NCBI GenBank assembly: GCA_038046385.1
Contig: JBBSWH010000005.1
Span: 68,669 to 132,668 of the forward strand
Length of the DNA stretch: 64,000 nt
DNA from: Nanobdellota archaeon
Lineage (GTDB): Archaea; Nanobdellota; Nanobdellia; Woesearchaeales; GW2011-AR4
Reading direction: 5' to 3'
The position numbers and the translations under genes are program-made. The notes under the pieces were generated by a model. That model was not told the origin of the DNA and made no database searches. It saw nothing but the letters and a program-made list of their open reading frames with translations. Positions 1 to 10,189 of the stretch are shown here, in pieces (positions within the stretch are counted from its first letter, which is position 1; the number at the start of each line of letters is the position of its first letter).

Positions 1-1
1 A

Positions 2-262
2 TGCGTTCATCTTATTGTCTCTGGAAAAGTGCAGGGTGTTTTCTTTCGCGAGAACACAAGAAGAAAAGCAATAGAGATTGGATTGAAAGGATATGCCAAG
101 AATTTAAATGATGGAAATGTTGAAGTTGTGGCAGAAGGAAGCGAGAAAAAAATAAATGAATTAATTGATTTTATTAAAAATAATCCCGGATATTCAAAAA
201 TTGAAAATGTTAAGGTTTCACACAAGGAATATAATAATTTTAAATTATTTGAGGTATATTAA
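2..262 (+). CDS. acyP: acylphosphatase (5' end cut by window edge)
   Basis: Frame open from position 2: CVHLIVSGKVQGVFFR...GYAKNLNDGNVEVVAEG, the acylphosphatase signature. Confidence 0.93.
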   Translation, partial: CVHLIVSGKVQGVFFRENTRRKAIEIGLKGYAKNLNDGNVEVVAEGSEKKINELIDFIKNNPGYSKIENVKVSHKEYNNFKLFEVY

Positions 263-1329
263 AAATCCGTCAATTTCTTCTCTGTCTTGTATTTTATGAT
301 TGTCGTGTTGCCGTCAGATCCGCCTTCTGTCTTTTCAGTGGTTATGAACTTGCTCTTCTCCAGCTTCTCTATTTTTCTTTGGAAGGATTTGTAAACCAGC
401 TTGCCGTTGTTTTCCTGATACAGCTTGAACAAATCCCCTATTCTTTTTCCTGAGTTGTTTTTAATTGTATCAAGAATAATATGCTCTTCATTTTCCAGAG
501 ATTCAGGATTTTTTATAGTAAACTCTTCTATCTTTTTCAGTGACTGCTGCGCGTGCTCAAGGATTATCTTTCTTGATGATTTTGATTCTGCAATGTGGGC
601 TGCTTCCTTCATCAGATGGAGCCCTGTCCTTAAGTCCTGCATTTCAAATGTTTTTTTAGCAACCAATTCAAAAGAATCATCGTCCCACACTCCAGGGTGG
701 AAAGCATACTGGACTCTCTGCTTCAGAATTCCTTTTGTTTCCTCCTGATTGTATGGCTTGTATTCTATAATTTCCGGCATTAATCGTGATTTTATGCGTT
801 CATCAAGGTTTATCAGCCATTCCTTGTAGTTTGTGATAAGAATAATTGTTTTCCTGTAAATCTCTTCAAGAATCATGTAAATAAAATCTGGCTCTTCCAG
901 CTTGTCAACTTCATCAAGAATAAAAACAACGGATTTCTTGTTAAGTGACTGCTTAACAATGCTGAAAAGCTCCTCTGTTTTTTTGTTCTGTATGAACTTA
1001 AATTCCAGCTTCTCGCAGATATAATAAAGTATCTTGAAAGTCGTGTTTCTTTGCCAGCAGTTTACATAAATCGGAACAATATCGTCTGTCTGGTCTTCCA
1101 GCTCAACAATTATCTGCTTGCATGATACTGTTTTTCCCACGCCAGGCTGGCCGTAAATGAAAACGTTCTTGCCGCTTTTTTCATTGAACAGCGGCTTGAT
1201 GCATTCTGCTACGATTCTTTGCTCCCTTTCCCTGTAAGGTGTTATTTTCGGCTGATAGTCAAACTCCAAAGCTATGTCATTCTTGAAAAGAGTCTCGTTG
1301 CTTGCCAGAATGTCCTTAAACAATGCCAT
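259..1329 (-). CDS. cdc6: Orc1/Cdc6 family AAA+ replication initiator
   Basis: Walker A GQPGVGKT, YVNC, Walker B ILDEVD, sensor II region DLR, C-terminal winged helix. Confidence 0.9.
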   Translation of the reverse strand: MALFKDILASNETLFKNDIALEFDYQPKITPYREREQRIVAECIKPLFNEKSGKNVFIYGQPGVGKTVSCKQIIVELEDQTDDIVPIYVNCWQRNTTFKILYYICEKLEFKFIQNKKTEELFSIVKQSLNKKSVVFILDEVDKLEEPDFIYMILEEIYRKTIILITNYKEWLINLDERIKSRLMPEIIEYKPYNQEETKGILKQRVQYAFHPGVWDDDSFELVAKKTFEMQDLRTGLHLMKEAAHIAESKSSRKIILEHAQQSLKKIEEFTIKNPESLENEEHIILDTIKNNSGKRIGDLFKLYQENNGKLVYKSFQRKIEKLEKSKFITTEKTEGGSDGNTTIIKYKTEKKLTDF

Positions 1330-1384
1330 ATAGGCTGAAACTTAAACTTGGTTTATAAATTTTTGTTAAAAGAAATAAAATAAA

Positions 1385-1696
1385 TTAATTCAGCCTTCTT
1401 CCGCACCTTGAGCAGAAATTGTCATGCGCTCTTGCAGAGTTGCTGCAGTAAGGGCACCTTTTCATGCTTTGATTATTTTGATGGGTTGGTTGCCTGTGCA
1501 TGGTTTGAGGAGTTTGATGGTGCAACGGCTTTTCTTCCTTTTTTCCGGAAGAAAAAATCATTTTGATTATCCCGATAAGAATGAACAGTATTCCGACATA
1601 AAAAAAGAATAAAAATTTATCATAGTTTATTTTCCATGACACAGAAGACAGGAGGAAGCCTGCAAGCATGTAGACAATCCAATGTATTTTTGCCAT
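1385..1696 (-). CDS. small membrane protein with C-terminal zinc ribbon
   Basis: Two hydrophobic helices followed by CPYC...CSRC. Confidence 0.75.
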   Translation of the reverse strand: MAKIHWIVYMLAGFLLSSVSWKINYDKFLFFFYVGILFILIGIIKMIFSSGKKEEKPLHHQTPQTMHRQPTHQNNQSMKRCPYCSNSARAHDNFCSRCGRRLN

Positions 1697-1704
1697 TTAT
1701 TCCC

Positions 1705-2985
1705 TTATTTCTCTCTTTTTCCTATAACTTTCTTTCCAAGATATTTCTGCAGAACCTTTGGCACTTTTATCGTGCCGTCTTTCTGCTGGTGATTTTCAAT
1801 AATTGCTCGCAAAGCTCTGCTTGTTGCAATTGCGGTGCTGTTTAAAGTGTGGACATATTCTTTTTCGTTGTCTTTTCTGTATTTTACATTTAATCTTGTT
1901 GCCTGATATGCTGTGCAGTTTGAGCATGAAACAACTTCCCTGTACAAATTCTCGCGGGGGAACCATGCCTCAATGTCATATTTCTTTGCAGCAACAATTC
2001 CGATGTCACCTGTGCATACATTAACAACTCTGTAAGGGATTTCAAGTTTTTGGAATATCTCTTCTGCATTTGCAAGCAACTCTTCGTGGAATTTCCATGA
2101 ATCTTCAGGCTTGCAAAAGATAAACTGCTCAATCTTGTTGAAGTGATGAACTCTGAAAATTCCTTTTGTGTCAATGCTGTGGCTTCCCAATTCTTTTCTG
2201 AAGCAAGGGCTGCAGCCGGCAAATTTCAAAGGCAGCTTTTCAGGATCGACAACTTCGTTCATCAGCATGGCTGCAATCGGATGCTCTGATGTTGCAATCA
2301 GCATCAAATCTTCCCCTTCAATCTTGTACATCATTGTCTCAAAATCTTTCAAATCTGTGACGCCTTCATACGGCTTGCGCCGCATCATCAAAGGAGGCTG
2401 AATCATTGTGTAATCTTTTTCTGAAAGCAGGTCTATTGCAAAATTTGTCAGCGCAAGCTCAAGCCTTGCGATGTCTCCAATAAGATAATAAAAACCATGG
2501 CCGGAAACTTCAGCAGCTTTTTCAAAATTCGCCAGTCCCAACTCCTGCAAAAGTTCTCCATGAGACTTCAGTTCAAAGTCAAACTTAGGCTTTTCTCCGT
2601 GAGTCTTGACAACTTTGTTGTCTTCTGAGTCTTTTCCAGTTGGAACGCTGTCATGCAGAATGTTTGGAAGGCGCATCATGTAATATTCTACTTTTGTTTT
2701 TAATTTTTCAAGCTGCTCATCGCTCTGCTTTACTTTTTCCGGAAGCTCTTTTGCTTCCTGCACTTTTTCCTTGAAGTCCTTGCCTTGTTTTCTAAGAACA
2801 TTGATTTCTTCTGTTATCTCGTTTCTTCTCTGCCTTAGCTTCTGGTTTTCCTGCAGCAATTTTCTGTAGTCAACGTCTGATTTTAACAAATCATCCAGCC
2901 ATGCAAGCTTTTCCTTGTCGTTTCTCTTTTGAAGATCTTTCCTTACAATTTCAGGATTTTCGCGTATGAATCTTATGTCTAACAT
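1705..2985 (-). CDS. serS: seryl-tRNA synthetase
   Basis: MLDIRFIREN start, coiled-coil arm, LIATSEHP, FRKE...GIFRVHHFNKIEQF, EVVSCSNC, HTLNST. Confidence 0.97.
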   Translation of the reverse strand: MLDIRFIRENPEIVRKDLQKRNDKEKLAWLDDLLKSDVDYRKLLQENQKLRQRRNEITEEINVLRKQGKDFKEKVQEAKELPEKVKQSDEQLEKLKTKVEYYMMRLPNILHDSVPTGKDSEDNKVVKTHGEKPKFDFELKSHGELLQELGLANFEKAAEVSGHGFYYLIGDIARLELALTNFAIDLLSEKDYTMIQPPLMMRRKPYEGVTDLKDFETMMYKIEGEDLMLIATSEHPIAAMLMNEVVDPEKLPLKFAGCSPCFRKELGSHSIDTKGIFRVHHFNKIEQFIFCKPEDSWKFHEELLANAEEIFQKLEIPYRVVNVCTGDIGIVAAKKYDIEAWFPRENLYREVVSCSNCTAYQATRLNVKYRKDNEKEYVHTLNSTAIATSRALRAIIENHQQKDGTIKVPKVLQKYLGKKVIGKREK

Positions 2986-3026
2986 AGAACTAAATTAATT
3001 TAGAATGTATAAAAATGTTTCTTATA

Positions 3027-4802
3027 TTACTCAGCGGGATTTTCTTCCAATAAAGGACTATAAGCCTGTTCAAAGTACTGCCTAACCATTCTGTGGCTGT
3101 TAAACCATGGGGCATTATGCGCAGCAGCCGCTCTCATGACTCTCGCCCATGCTCTTTTATCATTTTTAAAAAGAGGGACTATTACGTGTTCCAGTTTTCC
3201 ATATAAATCAGATGTGTCAATCTGTCTGTCTTCATCTCTTTTTTTTCTTCCGTCAGGCCCCAGTAATTCAACAAAATCCTGTCTGCCCGGCAGCCTTCCT
3301 ATAGCCCAGCCGGTTACTCCTTCTATTAACCCTTTAGGCAATGTATATCCAGATACAGGTTCCTGCGGCACAGTCCAGCCGTCAAGTATAGAGAGTTGCG
3401 GAACAAGATTTATCGCAGCTTTCATTCCGCTGTTGCCGGACGCCTCTAAAAGCCTCTCCGGAGTGTTGAGCCAGACATCAGCACCCCTTACTAAATATTT
3501 TGCAACCTGCATATCGTAATCTTCCACAAACCAGATAGGAACTTTTCCTTTTAATTCCTTCATGTAATTGAATATTTGTTGTATAACCTCTTTTCCTGGA
3601 TTGTCATTTGGATGGGCTTTGCCGGAAAATACAAACTGCACATCTGTTCCTAATTTAATTAATCTATCCAAGTCTTCAAAAATAAGGGTAGCTTGTTTGT
3701 ATGTTGCAAATCTTCTTGCAAAGCCTATTGTTAATTTATTTGAATCGTAGTCTGCATTTCCCCTTATGCTCTGACTATTATTTAGAAAATGCCCTAGATT
3801 TTCTCTGGATAATCTGTGAGCATTCAAAACCTGATCTTCAGTTAACTCCAGTATTCTTTCAAGCCTTTCAGGATGCAGTCTCCATTCTCTGTTTGTCAAG
3901 CTATCATACAGTTTTTGAACCTGGGAAGAAGCCCATGTTGCAAGATGAACCCCGTTGTCTATGCTATACAATTTGCCCATATTCGGAAAATCAGAAAACA
4001 TATATCTTGATACTTCAGCATGCAATGGAGAAACTCCAAAAGCTTGTGAAGCAAGTGCCATAGCAAGTCTTGCCATGTTGAGATCGCTTGTTCCGGTCAA
4101 TGAATTCATGTAATCTGAAGAAGGCATTCCTTCCCCCAATACTTGTTCAGCTAATTGCCTTGAGAATATGTCTAAACCTGCAGGTACTGGAGTGTGAGTT
4201 GTGAACACAAAATGCTTCCGTGCTTCTTCAATACTTCCATATTTTGCTATAAGCTCAAGCCCAGCTAAAGCGGCATGGCCTTCATTTGCATGATGCACTT
4301 TTATATCTTGATAGCCTAAGGCATCCAGTGCCCTTACACCGCCCCTGCCTAAAACTTGTTCTTGGGTTAAGCGCCAGTATAGGTGTTCTGATGGATACAA
4401 AACGTCGCAAATATCATTATCCCAATTACCTTCATTATTGCCGTTGGTATCAATGTCTATTAACGGAACAACACTGCCTGTAACTCCCACGATCGGAAGT
4501 ACCCATGCGCTCAATTTTACATCTCTTCCCTCAATTGGGACTGAAGTTATCTTTGGATGATAAGTCATCCTTCCGGTTGGGTCAAATCCCCCGTATTCCT
4601 CTGTCTGCCACCCGTCAGCTGATAATTTCTGATGAAAATTGCCCCTATTATAAAGAAGTCCAACACAGGCTACCGGATAACCCAAATCTGCAAATGATTT
4701 AGCACCATCACCTGCGAGAATGCCTAGCCCTCCTCCAAACGGAAGGCCTTCCTGTCCAAATTCTGCAGAATAATATGCTACCCTAGCATCTTTTTGTAAC
4801 AA
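3027..4802 (-). CDS. glgP: alpha-glucan phosphorylase (GT35)
   Basis: YYSAEFG, GGLGILAGD, NEGHAA, FTTHTPVPAG, FARRFATYK, GKAHP, PLP-lysine motif EASGNSGMKA; TTG start uncertain. Confidence 0.92.
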   Translation of the reverse strand: MLQKDARVAYYSAEFGQEGLPFGGGLGILAGDGAKSFADLGYPVACVGLLYNRGNFHQKLSADGWQTEEYGGFDPTGRMTYHPKITSVPIEGRDVKLSAWVLPIVGVTGSVVPLIDIDTNGNNEGNWDNDICDVLYPSEHLYWRLTQEQVLGRGGVRALDALGYQDIKVHHANEGHAALAGLELIAKYGSIEEARKHFVFTTHTPVPAGLDIFSRQLAEQVLGEGMPSSDYMNSLTGTSDLNMARLAMALASQAFGVSPLHAEVSRYMFSDFPNMGKLYSIDNGVHLATWASSQVQKLYDSLTNREWRLHPERLERILELTEDQVLNAHRLSRENLGHFLNNSQSIRGNADYDSNKLTIGFARRFATYKQATLIFEDLDRLIKLGTDVQFVFSGKAHPNDNPGKEVIQQIFNYMKELKGKVPIWFVEDYDMQVAKYLVRGADVWLNTPERLLEASGNSGMKAAINLVPQLSILDGWTVPQEPVSGYTLPKGLIEGVTGWAIGRLPGRQDFVELLGPDGRKKRDEDRQIDTSDLYGKLEHVIVPLFKNDKRAWARVMRAAAAHNAPWFNSHRMVRQYFEQAYSPLLEENPAE

Positions 4803-4997
4803 TTTAAATAAAAATTTTTAAAACATCTTAATAAATCTTTTGGTTACATAAGAAAAATGATTAATTTATACTTTAAACCCTCAAACTAATTGTCTCTTGA
4901 TTTTAAAATTGCTTGCTTTCTTCAACACAGCAAGGCAACTGAGACAAATGGGTGGGGTTTATGTTCCTTTAGAAGAAAGAGTAGCAGCAATAGCCGC

Positions 4998-5099
4998 CTA
5001 AACAACCATCCTTATCTTGTTTTTATTGTTTAAAGCATCAACAAGCTTTCCGCCTATGTTATTGTTCTTCTTTATTTTTATTACACCGGTTTTTCCGGC
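4998..5099 (-). repeat. orphan duplicate of the last 33 codons plus stop of the PINA ATPase gene
   Basis: 5005-5099 matches 5807-5901 at 94/95 nt; encodes AGKTGVIKIKKNNNIGGKLVDALNNKNKIRMVV* versus ...NNKSKIRMVI* in the intact gene. Confidence 0.95.
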
Positions 5100-5202
5100 G
5101 ACAGCAAATCTTCTTTGATTATCCGGTCATGCTTTCCTGTATTAATCCTGGAACCAATGAAGAGTATTCAGGATTGCTTATAGAAAGGTTTCTAGAATTG
5201 TG

Positions 5203-5775
5203 TTAGTTATATTCTGGAATTAATTTTCTATCTATATTTCTAACCTTCCCTATAATCCTTCCATTTTCATATAAACTCAAATTTCTAGATTGTATGGATT
5301 GGGTATCACTATCCCACCAAACTAAGCTATCATAATTAATGACGGATTCCTGTCCACTTGTATCTTTCAAAACCAAATAATTGTCTGTACCGACATTATC
5401 TATAAAACAGTCTGGCTTGATTCCTATATAACTCTTGATAACATTGAACTTCATTCCTGATGGAACTTTTTTGAGATGAATGGTGTTATCAACAAAGGCG
5501 AACTCAGAAAGGTTATAATAATATAAGGATCTATTAATTCTTTGCTCAGTTTTTGCTCCAGGAAGGGTTATTAGTCCCTCAAAATAAAAAACAGGATCGT
5601 CAAAAGATAGTGTTCTTCCTTTCAAAAACTCTGGTAAAGAAATTGTTTTTTCTTTTATTTGGCAATGCCCGAAAAACGAAAACCATAAAAAAATCTTGCT
5701 AGAAATATAGATAATCCAAGATATTGAGATAATCACTATTAAAATAATTAATATCCATTTGATTATTTTATTCAC
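5203..5775 (-). CDS. hypothetical membrane-anchored protein (inserted cargo)
   Basis: 190 aa ORF with N-terminal TM helix, very AT-rich, lies between the two PINA 3'-end copies. Confidence 0.75.
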   Translation of the reverse strand: MNKIIKWILIILIVIISISWIIYISSKIFLWFSFFGHCQIKEKTISLPEFLKGRTLSFDDPVFYFEGLITLPGAKTEQRINRSLYYYNLSEFAFVDNTIHLKKVPSGMKFNVIKSYIGIKPDCFIDNVGTDNYLVLKDTSGQESVINYDSLVWWDSDTQSIQSRNLSLYENGRIIGKVRNIDRKLIPEYN

Positions 5776-5799
5776 TAAATAAACACCTAATTAAATATT

Positions 5800-7641
5800 T
5801 CAGATTACCATCCTTATCTTGCTTTTATTGTTTAAAGCATCAACAAGCTTTCCGCCTATGTTATTGTTCTTCTTTATTTTTATTACACCGGTTTTTCCGG
5901 CTTTTGCGCTAAGAAGGAATTCTTCTCCAATATAAATATCCACATCGCGATTCTGCATATCCACTCCCAATTCTATCATCAGCTGGTTCTTTTTGTATCT
6001 GATCTCAAAAGGAACTTCTGCCTGGTCTTTTGCAGCGCCCTTGACTTCATATTTTTCATCGATGCTTTTGATGTCTATTCCAATGCCCAACTTTTCTTCA
6101 ATCTTCGTGATGTTTGCGCCCTGCTTGCCTATGATTTTTGCAATATCAGATTCAGGGACATAAACCGTGCATTTATTGTCGGATAAAACTTCCACTTCAA
6201 CATTTCTTGAATAATTATGGAATTCCTGCAGGATTGTTGCTTCTGCAAGCTTATGTGTTCCGGTTTTGCTTGATCCTTTTTGAACCGGCACAACAACTGT
6301 CTGCTCGCCGTAGCTGTAAATTTCATATTCTAATTTATCTGTTTCAAAATCATTTATAACGACAACCGGCCTTGCAAGGTCTGCTTCTGTCATGCCCGAC
6401 GGGACTTTTACTACCATCTTCAGTGAAAGCACCTTGAATACTGCTCCATTCTTTATGAAAACCACAGTATCGATAATCTGCGGAATAACTCCCATCTCAA
6501 TTCTTCCTAAAAATCGCTGGATTGCATCAACAGGGGATGTTCCGTGAACTACGCCGACCATCCCAACACCTGCAAGCCTCATGTCTGCAAAAAGCTGGAA
6601 GTCTTTTGTGTTTCTCATTTCATCAAATATTGTATAATCGGGCCTTGAAAGAAGAAGAACATCATGGATTTCCTGCGTGTCGCCATGGGAAATTGAGTAT
6701 TGAGTTATTGTTTCCGGCAAAATCAAATCTCTTGGAGACTCGACTGTTTTCACTATCTTGTTTTGTAAAGCATAATATTCTGCAAGAGCCTGCGCAAAAG
6801 TTGTCTTGCCCATTCCTGGCGCGCCTGCAACAAGAACACCTTCTGCTTGACCTGCAACTCTAGTCATTAACTTCTCGCTTAAATTGTAATCTTTTAGGTC
6901 GAGTTTTCTTACCGGCCTTACTGCAGTGATTTCCCATCCGTCGGAAAATGGAGGCCTTGTGATTACTATTCTAAAACTTCCGAGCTGAACAATTGTAGAA
7001 CCTTGCCTTTCTATTTCTATGAAGCCGTCTTTTCTTAATTTTGATTCTTCAATTATCTCTCTTGAGATATCTTGTATTTCTTCCTGTTTCAATGGAGCTT
7101 TTCTTAGCTGCTTGAATTCCCAATTGCCAGGAGTTCCTTTTTTTGCGTTTGGAGGCACATTCTCTCGCAAATGCACGCTCATTGTTGTTTCATCAAAGAA
7201 TTTTTCAAGCTTTAATTTTTTTAATCCTTTTTCTGATCTTTTGTAATACAATACTTTTATACCGCGTGCAAGCCCGACTTCGCTTTGGATTTTGTCAGAT
7301 GTGACTAAAGTTGCATCTTCATCATATGCCAATTGCCGAATTAATGAATCAATTTCTCCGATTGAAGCGTTCCTTATTTCTGCTGCCTTTGGCCTCGTTC
7401 CCTTGAACAAAAGCTCGAAGTTTTTTTCTGATGAAAGCTGCTTGATTCTTTTTATTTCATCAAGCCCCAAAAATCCTATTGACTTACCCATATTAGCCTG
7501 ATGTTCAAGCTCTGCAATTACGGCTTCATGAAGAATTATCTGGGTTGTTTTGATGCTTCCATTCTTTATCTTGTCAGACAACAAGCCCTCGATTATTACA
7601 GAAGTATCCGGAACAATCCTGTCTGCAACTGTCTCATCCAT
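5800..7641 (-). CDS. PIN-domain + PilT/VirB11-like ATPase + KH protein (PINA/MJ1533 type)
   Basis: N-terminal PIN (VPDTSV), Walker A GAPGMGKT, TVESPRDL, FDEMR, C-terminal KH motif IIGKQGANI. Confidence 0.92.
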   Translation of the reverse strand: MDETVADRIVPDTSVIIEGLLSDKIKNGSIKTTQIILHEAVIAELEHQANMGKSIGFLGLDEIKRIKQLSSEKNFELLFKGTRPKAAEIRNASIGEIDSLIRQLAYDEDATLVTSDKIQSEVGLARGIKVLYYKRSEKGLKKLKLEKFFDETTMSVHLRENVPPNAKKGTPGNWEFKQLRKAPLKQEEIQDISREIIEESKLRKDGFIEIERQGSTIVQLGSFRIVITRPPFSDGWEITAVRPVRKLDLKDYNLSEKLMTRVAGQAEGVLVAGAPGMGKTTFAQALAEYYALQNKIVKTVESPRDLILPETITQYSISHGDTQEIHDVLLLSRPDYTIFDEMRNTKDFQLFADMRLAGVGMVGVVHGTSPVDAIQRFLGRIEMGVIPQIIDTVVFIKNGAVFKVLSLKMVVKVPSGMTEADLARPVVVINDFETDKLEYEIYSYGEQTVVVPVQKGSSKTGTHKLAEATILQEFHNYSRNVEVEVLSDNKCTVYVPESDIAKIIGKQGANITKIEEKLGIGIDIKSIDEKYEVKGAAKDQAEVPFEIRYKKNQLMIELGVDMQNRDVDIYIGEEFLLSAKAGKTGVIKIKKNNNIGGKLVDALNNKSKIRMVI

Positions 7642-7799
7642 GCATTATATCCGACTATGCACATATATAAAACTTTGGATATTTAATTTATTTACTATAT
7701 TGATAATAAAAGAATAATTGAATAATTTTAATTGTTTACATTATGGCAAATAAATATTTGCCAGATTAAAAATTTATCAATTTTTGATATAGAAAATAA

Positions 7800-9851
7800 C
7801 TAGTATGCTGTTCTTTTTCTAAACATAAACAACAAAAGAAGAACAAATACTGCAATCCCTATTGATATAGCCGGCAAAATCCACCTATCATCCGAATCAA
7901 CATTCATGAACAAAAGGATTCTTTGAAGAATGCTCGCGTTCCACAAGCCAATTGATAATTCTTTTGTCGCTTCATATTTTTTGCCTGTGTCATCTGTGTA
8001 CAGAATTTGAACATTAAAATCATTCTTTCCGTATTTCAATTCTTTTCCGATTGAATTCAAATTAAATTTGCGGTCATTCTCAAGCCTTGCAAGATCCCAC
8101 TGCGTTTCTATTCCGTTTCTTGTTACTTTCAGCACAGCGCTTTTCGGCAATGAAGAGGATTTTCTTGCAGCAGTAAAAATTATTGTGAAGTTTTCATTGT
8201 ATGAAACATTCTGCGGATACTGCAGGTTTTCTATTTCTATCTTAGGAATGTCTTTTATTGTAAAGTTGACAAAGGATGACTTTGAGACGATGCTGCTTTT
8301 CAAAATGACAGGAATTTCTTTGTAGCCTGTCTTGCTTTTTTCTATGCCAAAAGAGAAATTTGCCGACTGGGAGATTCCAAGATCAAGGCTTTCGCATTTG
8401 TTTTCAAAGCAGACGCTTGCGCCGCTTAAGAAAACATTCCCGTTGTTTTTTGCACTGCACAGTATTTTTGCATTCTGATACTGGTAAAACTCATTTTTTG
8501 TGGCTGCGCATTCCAGTTCAACATTTGCAGAATATTTTTTTTCCTTTTCGTCTTCGAATAAATTTGCAAGCTGCTGCATCTCTTCAATATCAAAATAATC
8601 TTCTCTCACGCTGGCGACAAAACTTGATTCATCTGAAATGTTTTCAAGAGTCCTGACTGCAACCGGAAAAGTATAGGAATATTTTTTATCGAGAGCGCTG
8701 CTTACCTGCACTATCCAGAAAACCTTTCTTTTTTCGAACGGCAAAAGAAGGATGCTTTTTGCCCCATCTCCCATTATTTTGACTTCTTTTGGCTCATTTA
8801 CGTAAACTTCGGTTGCATAGTAAAAACTGTTTGTATTTTCTATGTCTGCTTCTATGAGGTTGTAAGAGCCGAGTGCAACTGCTTTTTTGAGTATAGTTAT
8901 GCTGACTTTTAATGGAATGGTATATGTGCCGGAATGGCTGACAAGGCTTGTTTTAATTTCCATGTCTTTCGCTTTTAAGTCTGCATTCTTTCCGAGCCAC
9001 TGATAATATGTTGACGGATCATCAGAATCAACAGACTCTTTGAATTTCAGATGTGTTGGGTCTACCCATCCAAACTCGCCGTATGTGACATCAAAAGGAA
9101 CCCACCCATAGCCAGGAAAATAAACCTCTGCCCAGCCGTGCGCCCCCCAGCTGTCTGCAAACAATTCTGAATTTGTGTAGGCAATGCCGGATATGAATCT
9201 TGCAGGTATTCCAACAGACCTTGCCATTGCAATGAACAGAGAAGTCAACTCATCACAAACACCCTGCTTGTTTTCCAGCACCCAAGACGCTTTTTGGCTT
9301 ATATCTGCTGTGAGCGTGCTTAGGTTATAGTTTATGTTGTTTTTTGTCCAGCCAGCCAGCTTGAAAACGGCGCTGTACAAATCGTCTTCGCCTTCAACAA
9401 GCTGCGATGCCAGCCTGATTATTTCAGGGTCGTCTGAGTCTATTGTCGGGCTCGGCTTTGTGTAAGGAAGGATATCATCAGGAAGCTTTTGTATTGGGAA
9501 CGGTATTTTTTCTTTTATCTGGACTATGCTGTTTGTGGTCTTTACCTGCGCATTAAGATTAAAGCTTATTTTGTCTTCTGGGCTTTTCCATTGAAACTGC
9601 AAAACATCATTGTTTTGCTCTGCTTTTGGATTTGTTTCAAATTTAAGCAATTCCTGATTCTTGTATTCCTTTGGATAGAATGTCAGGTTTATGGTTGCGC
9701 TTTCAACATAACCACTAGGAGTTAATTTGACAATCTCTATCTGAGAAGCCATTTTGACATCTGCTGTCACAGTCTGGCTGCTGTAGTACCACTGCGCATA
9801 GGCTGAAGGAATCAATAATAAAATCATCAAGAATACAAGCTCTTTTTTCAT
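7800..9851 (-). CDS. secreted, membrane-anchored transglutaminase-like protein
   Basis: Signal peptide, catalytic triad GVCDE / HGWAEVY / WVPFDVT, C-terminal TM helix and basic tail. Confidence 0.88.
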   Translation of the reverse strand: MKKELVFLMILLLIPSAYAQWYYSSQTVTADVKMASQIEIVKLTPSGYVESATINLTFYPKEYKNQELLKFETNPKAEQNNDVLQFQWKSPEDKISFNLNAQVKTTNSIVQIKEKIPFPIQKLPDDILPYTKPSPTIDSDDPEIIRLASQLVEGEDDLYSAVFKLAGWTKNNINYNLSTLTADISQKASWVLENKQGVCDELTSLFIAMARSVGIPARFISGIAYTNSELFADSWGAHGWAEVYFPGYGWVPFDVTYGEFGWVDPTHLKFKESVDSDDPSTYYQWLGKNADLKAKDMEIKTSLVSHSGTYTIPLKVSITILKKAVALGSYNLIEADIENTNSFYYATEVYVNEPKEVKIMGDGAKSILLLPFEKRKVFWIVQVSSALDKKYSYTFPVAVRTLENISDESSFVASVREDYFDIEEMQQLANLFEDEKEKKYSANVELECAATKNEFYQYQNAKILCSAKNNGNVFLSGASVCFENKCESLDLGISQSANFSFGIEKSKTGYKEIPVILKSSIVSKSSFVNFTIKDIPKIEIENLQYPQNVSYNENFTIIFTAARKSSSLPKSAVLKVTRNGIETQWDLARLENDRKFNLNSIGKELKYGKNDFNVQILYTDDTGKKYEATKELSIGLWNASILQRILLFMNVDSDDRWILPAISIGIAVFVLLLLFMFRKRTAY

Positions 9852-9909
9852 TTATTGGATTATGATATTTTTGTTTATAAGGTTTGCCATAAATTTAGAT
9901 TATTTCAAA

Positions 9910-10128
9910 CGCCACTATCGGCGGCTGTCGTCACTACGTGACTCGCTTGACACAACTTGAGCAAAGCTCAAGTGTGCAATTGGTAGTAACCAATTTGCAC
10001 CCCGAATGGGGCGTCCCCCGTCAAGCCAGCGCCGACGTGGCGTGCGACGAGCCGAGGGACGGCTCCTACGGAGTGGCGAGTAGGATTTTTCACAGGGAAA
10101 AATCCGTAGCACCGCCACTGTCGGCGCA
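9910..10128. ncRNA. unassigned GC-rich, highly structured non-coding element
   Basis: Nested stems cttgac/gtcaag, gcgccgac/gtcggcgc, gtggcg/cgccac, acttgagc/gctcaagt, ggattttt/aaaaatcc; C(UACG)G loop on + strand; TATA-like boxes on both sides. Confidence 0.6.
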
Positions 10129-10189
10129 AAGAGAACCTAACATTAATCCAAATAACATTTATAAATGGACTAGATGTACTTACCAGTAT

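Noticed and set aside
259-1400. Replication origin next to cdc6
   Set aside because: The flanking intergenic space is ~55 bp and no ORB-like repeats are visible.
4998-5901. attL/attR of a provirus or integrative element
   Set aside because: Only ~700 bp and one gene lie between the repeats, with no integrase; a degraded element cannot be fully excluded.
9910-10128. SRP RNA, or the 67/88-aa ORFs in the track
   Set aside because: No helix-8 CAGG-GNRA-AGCA motif on either strand; the ORFs look like by-products of high GC and one runs into the tRNA.
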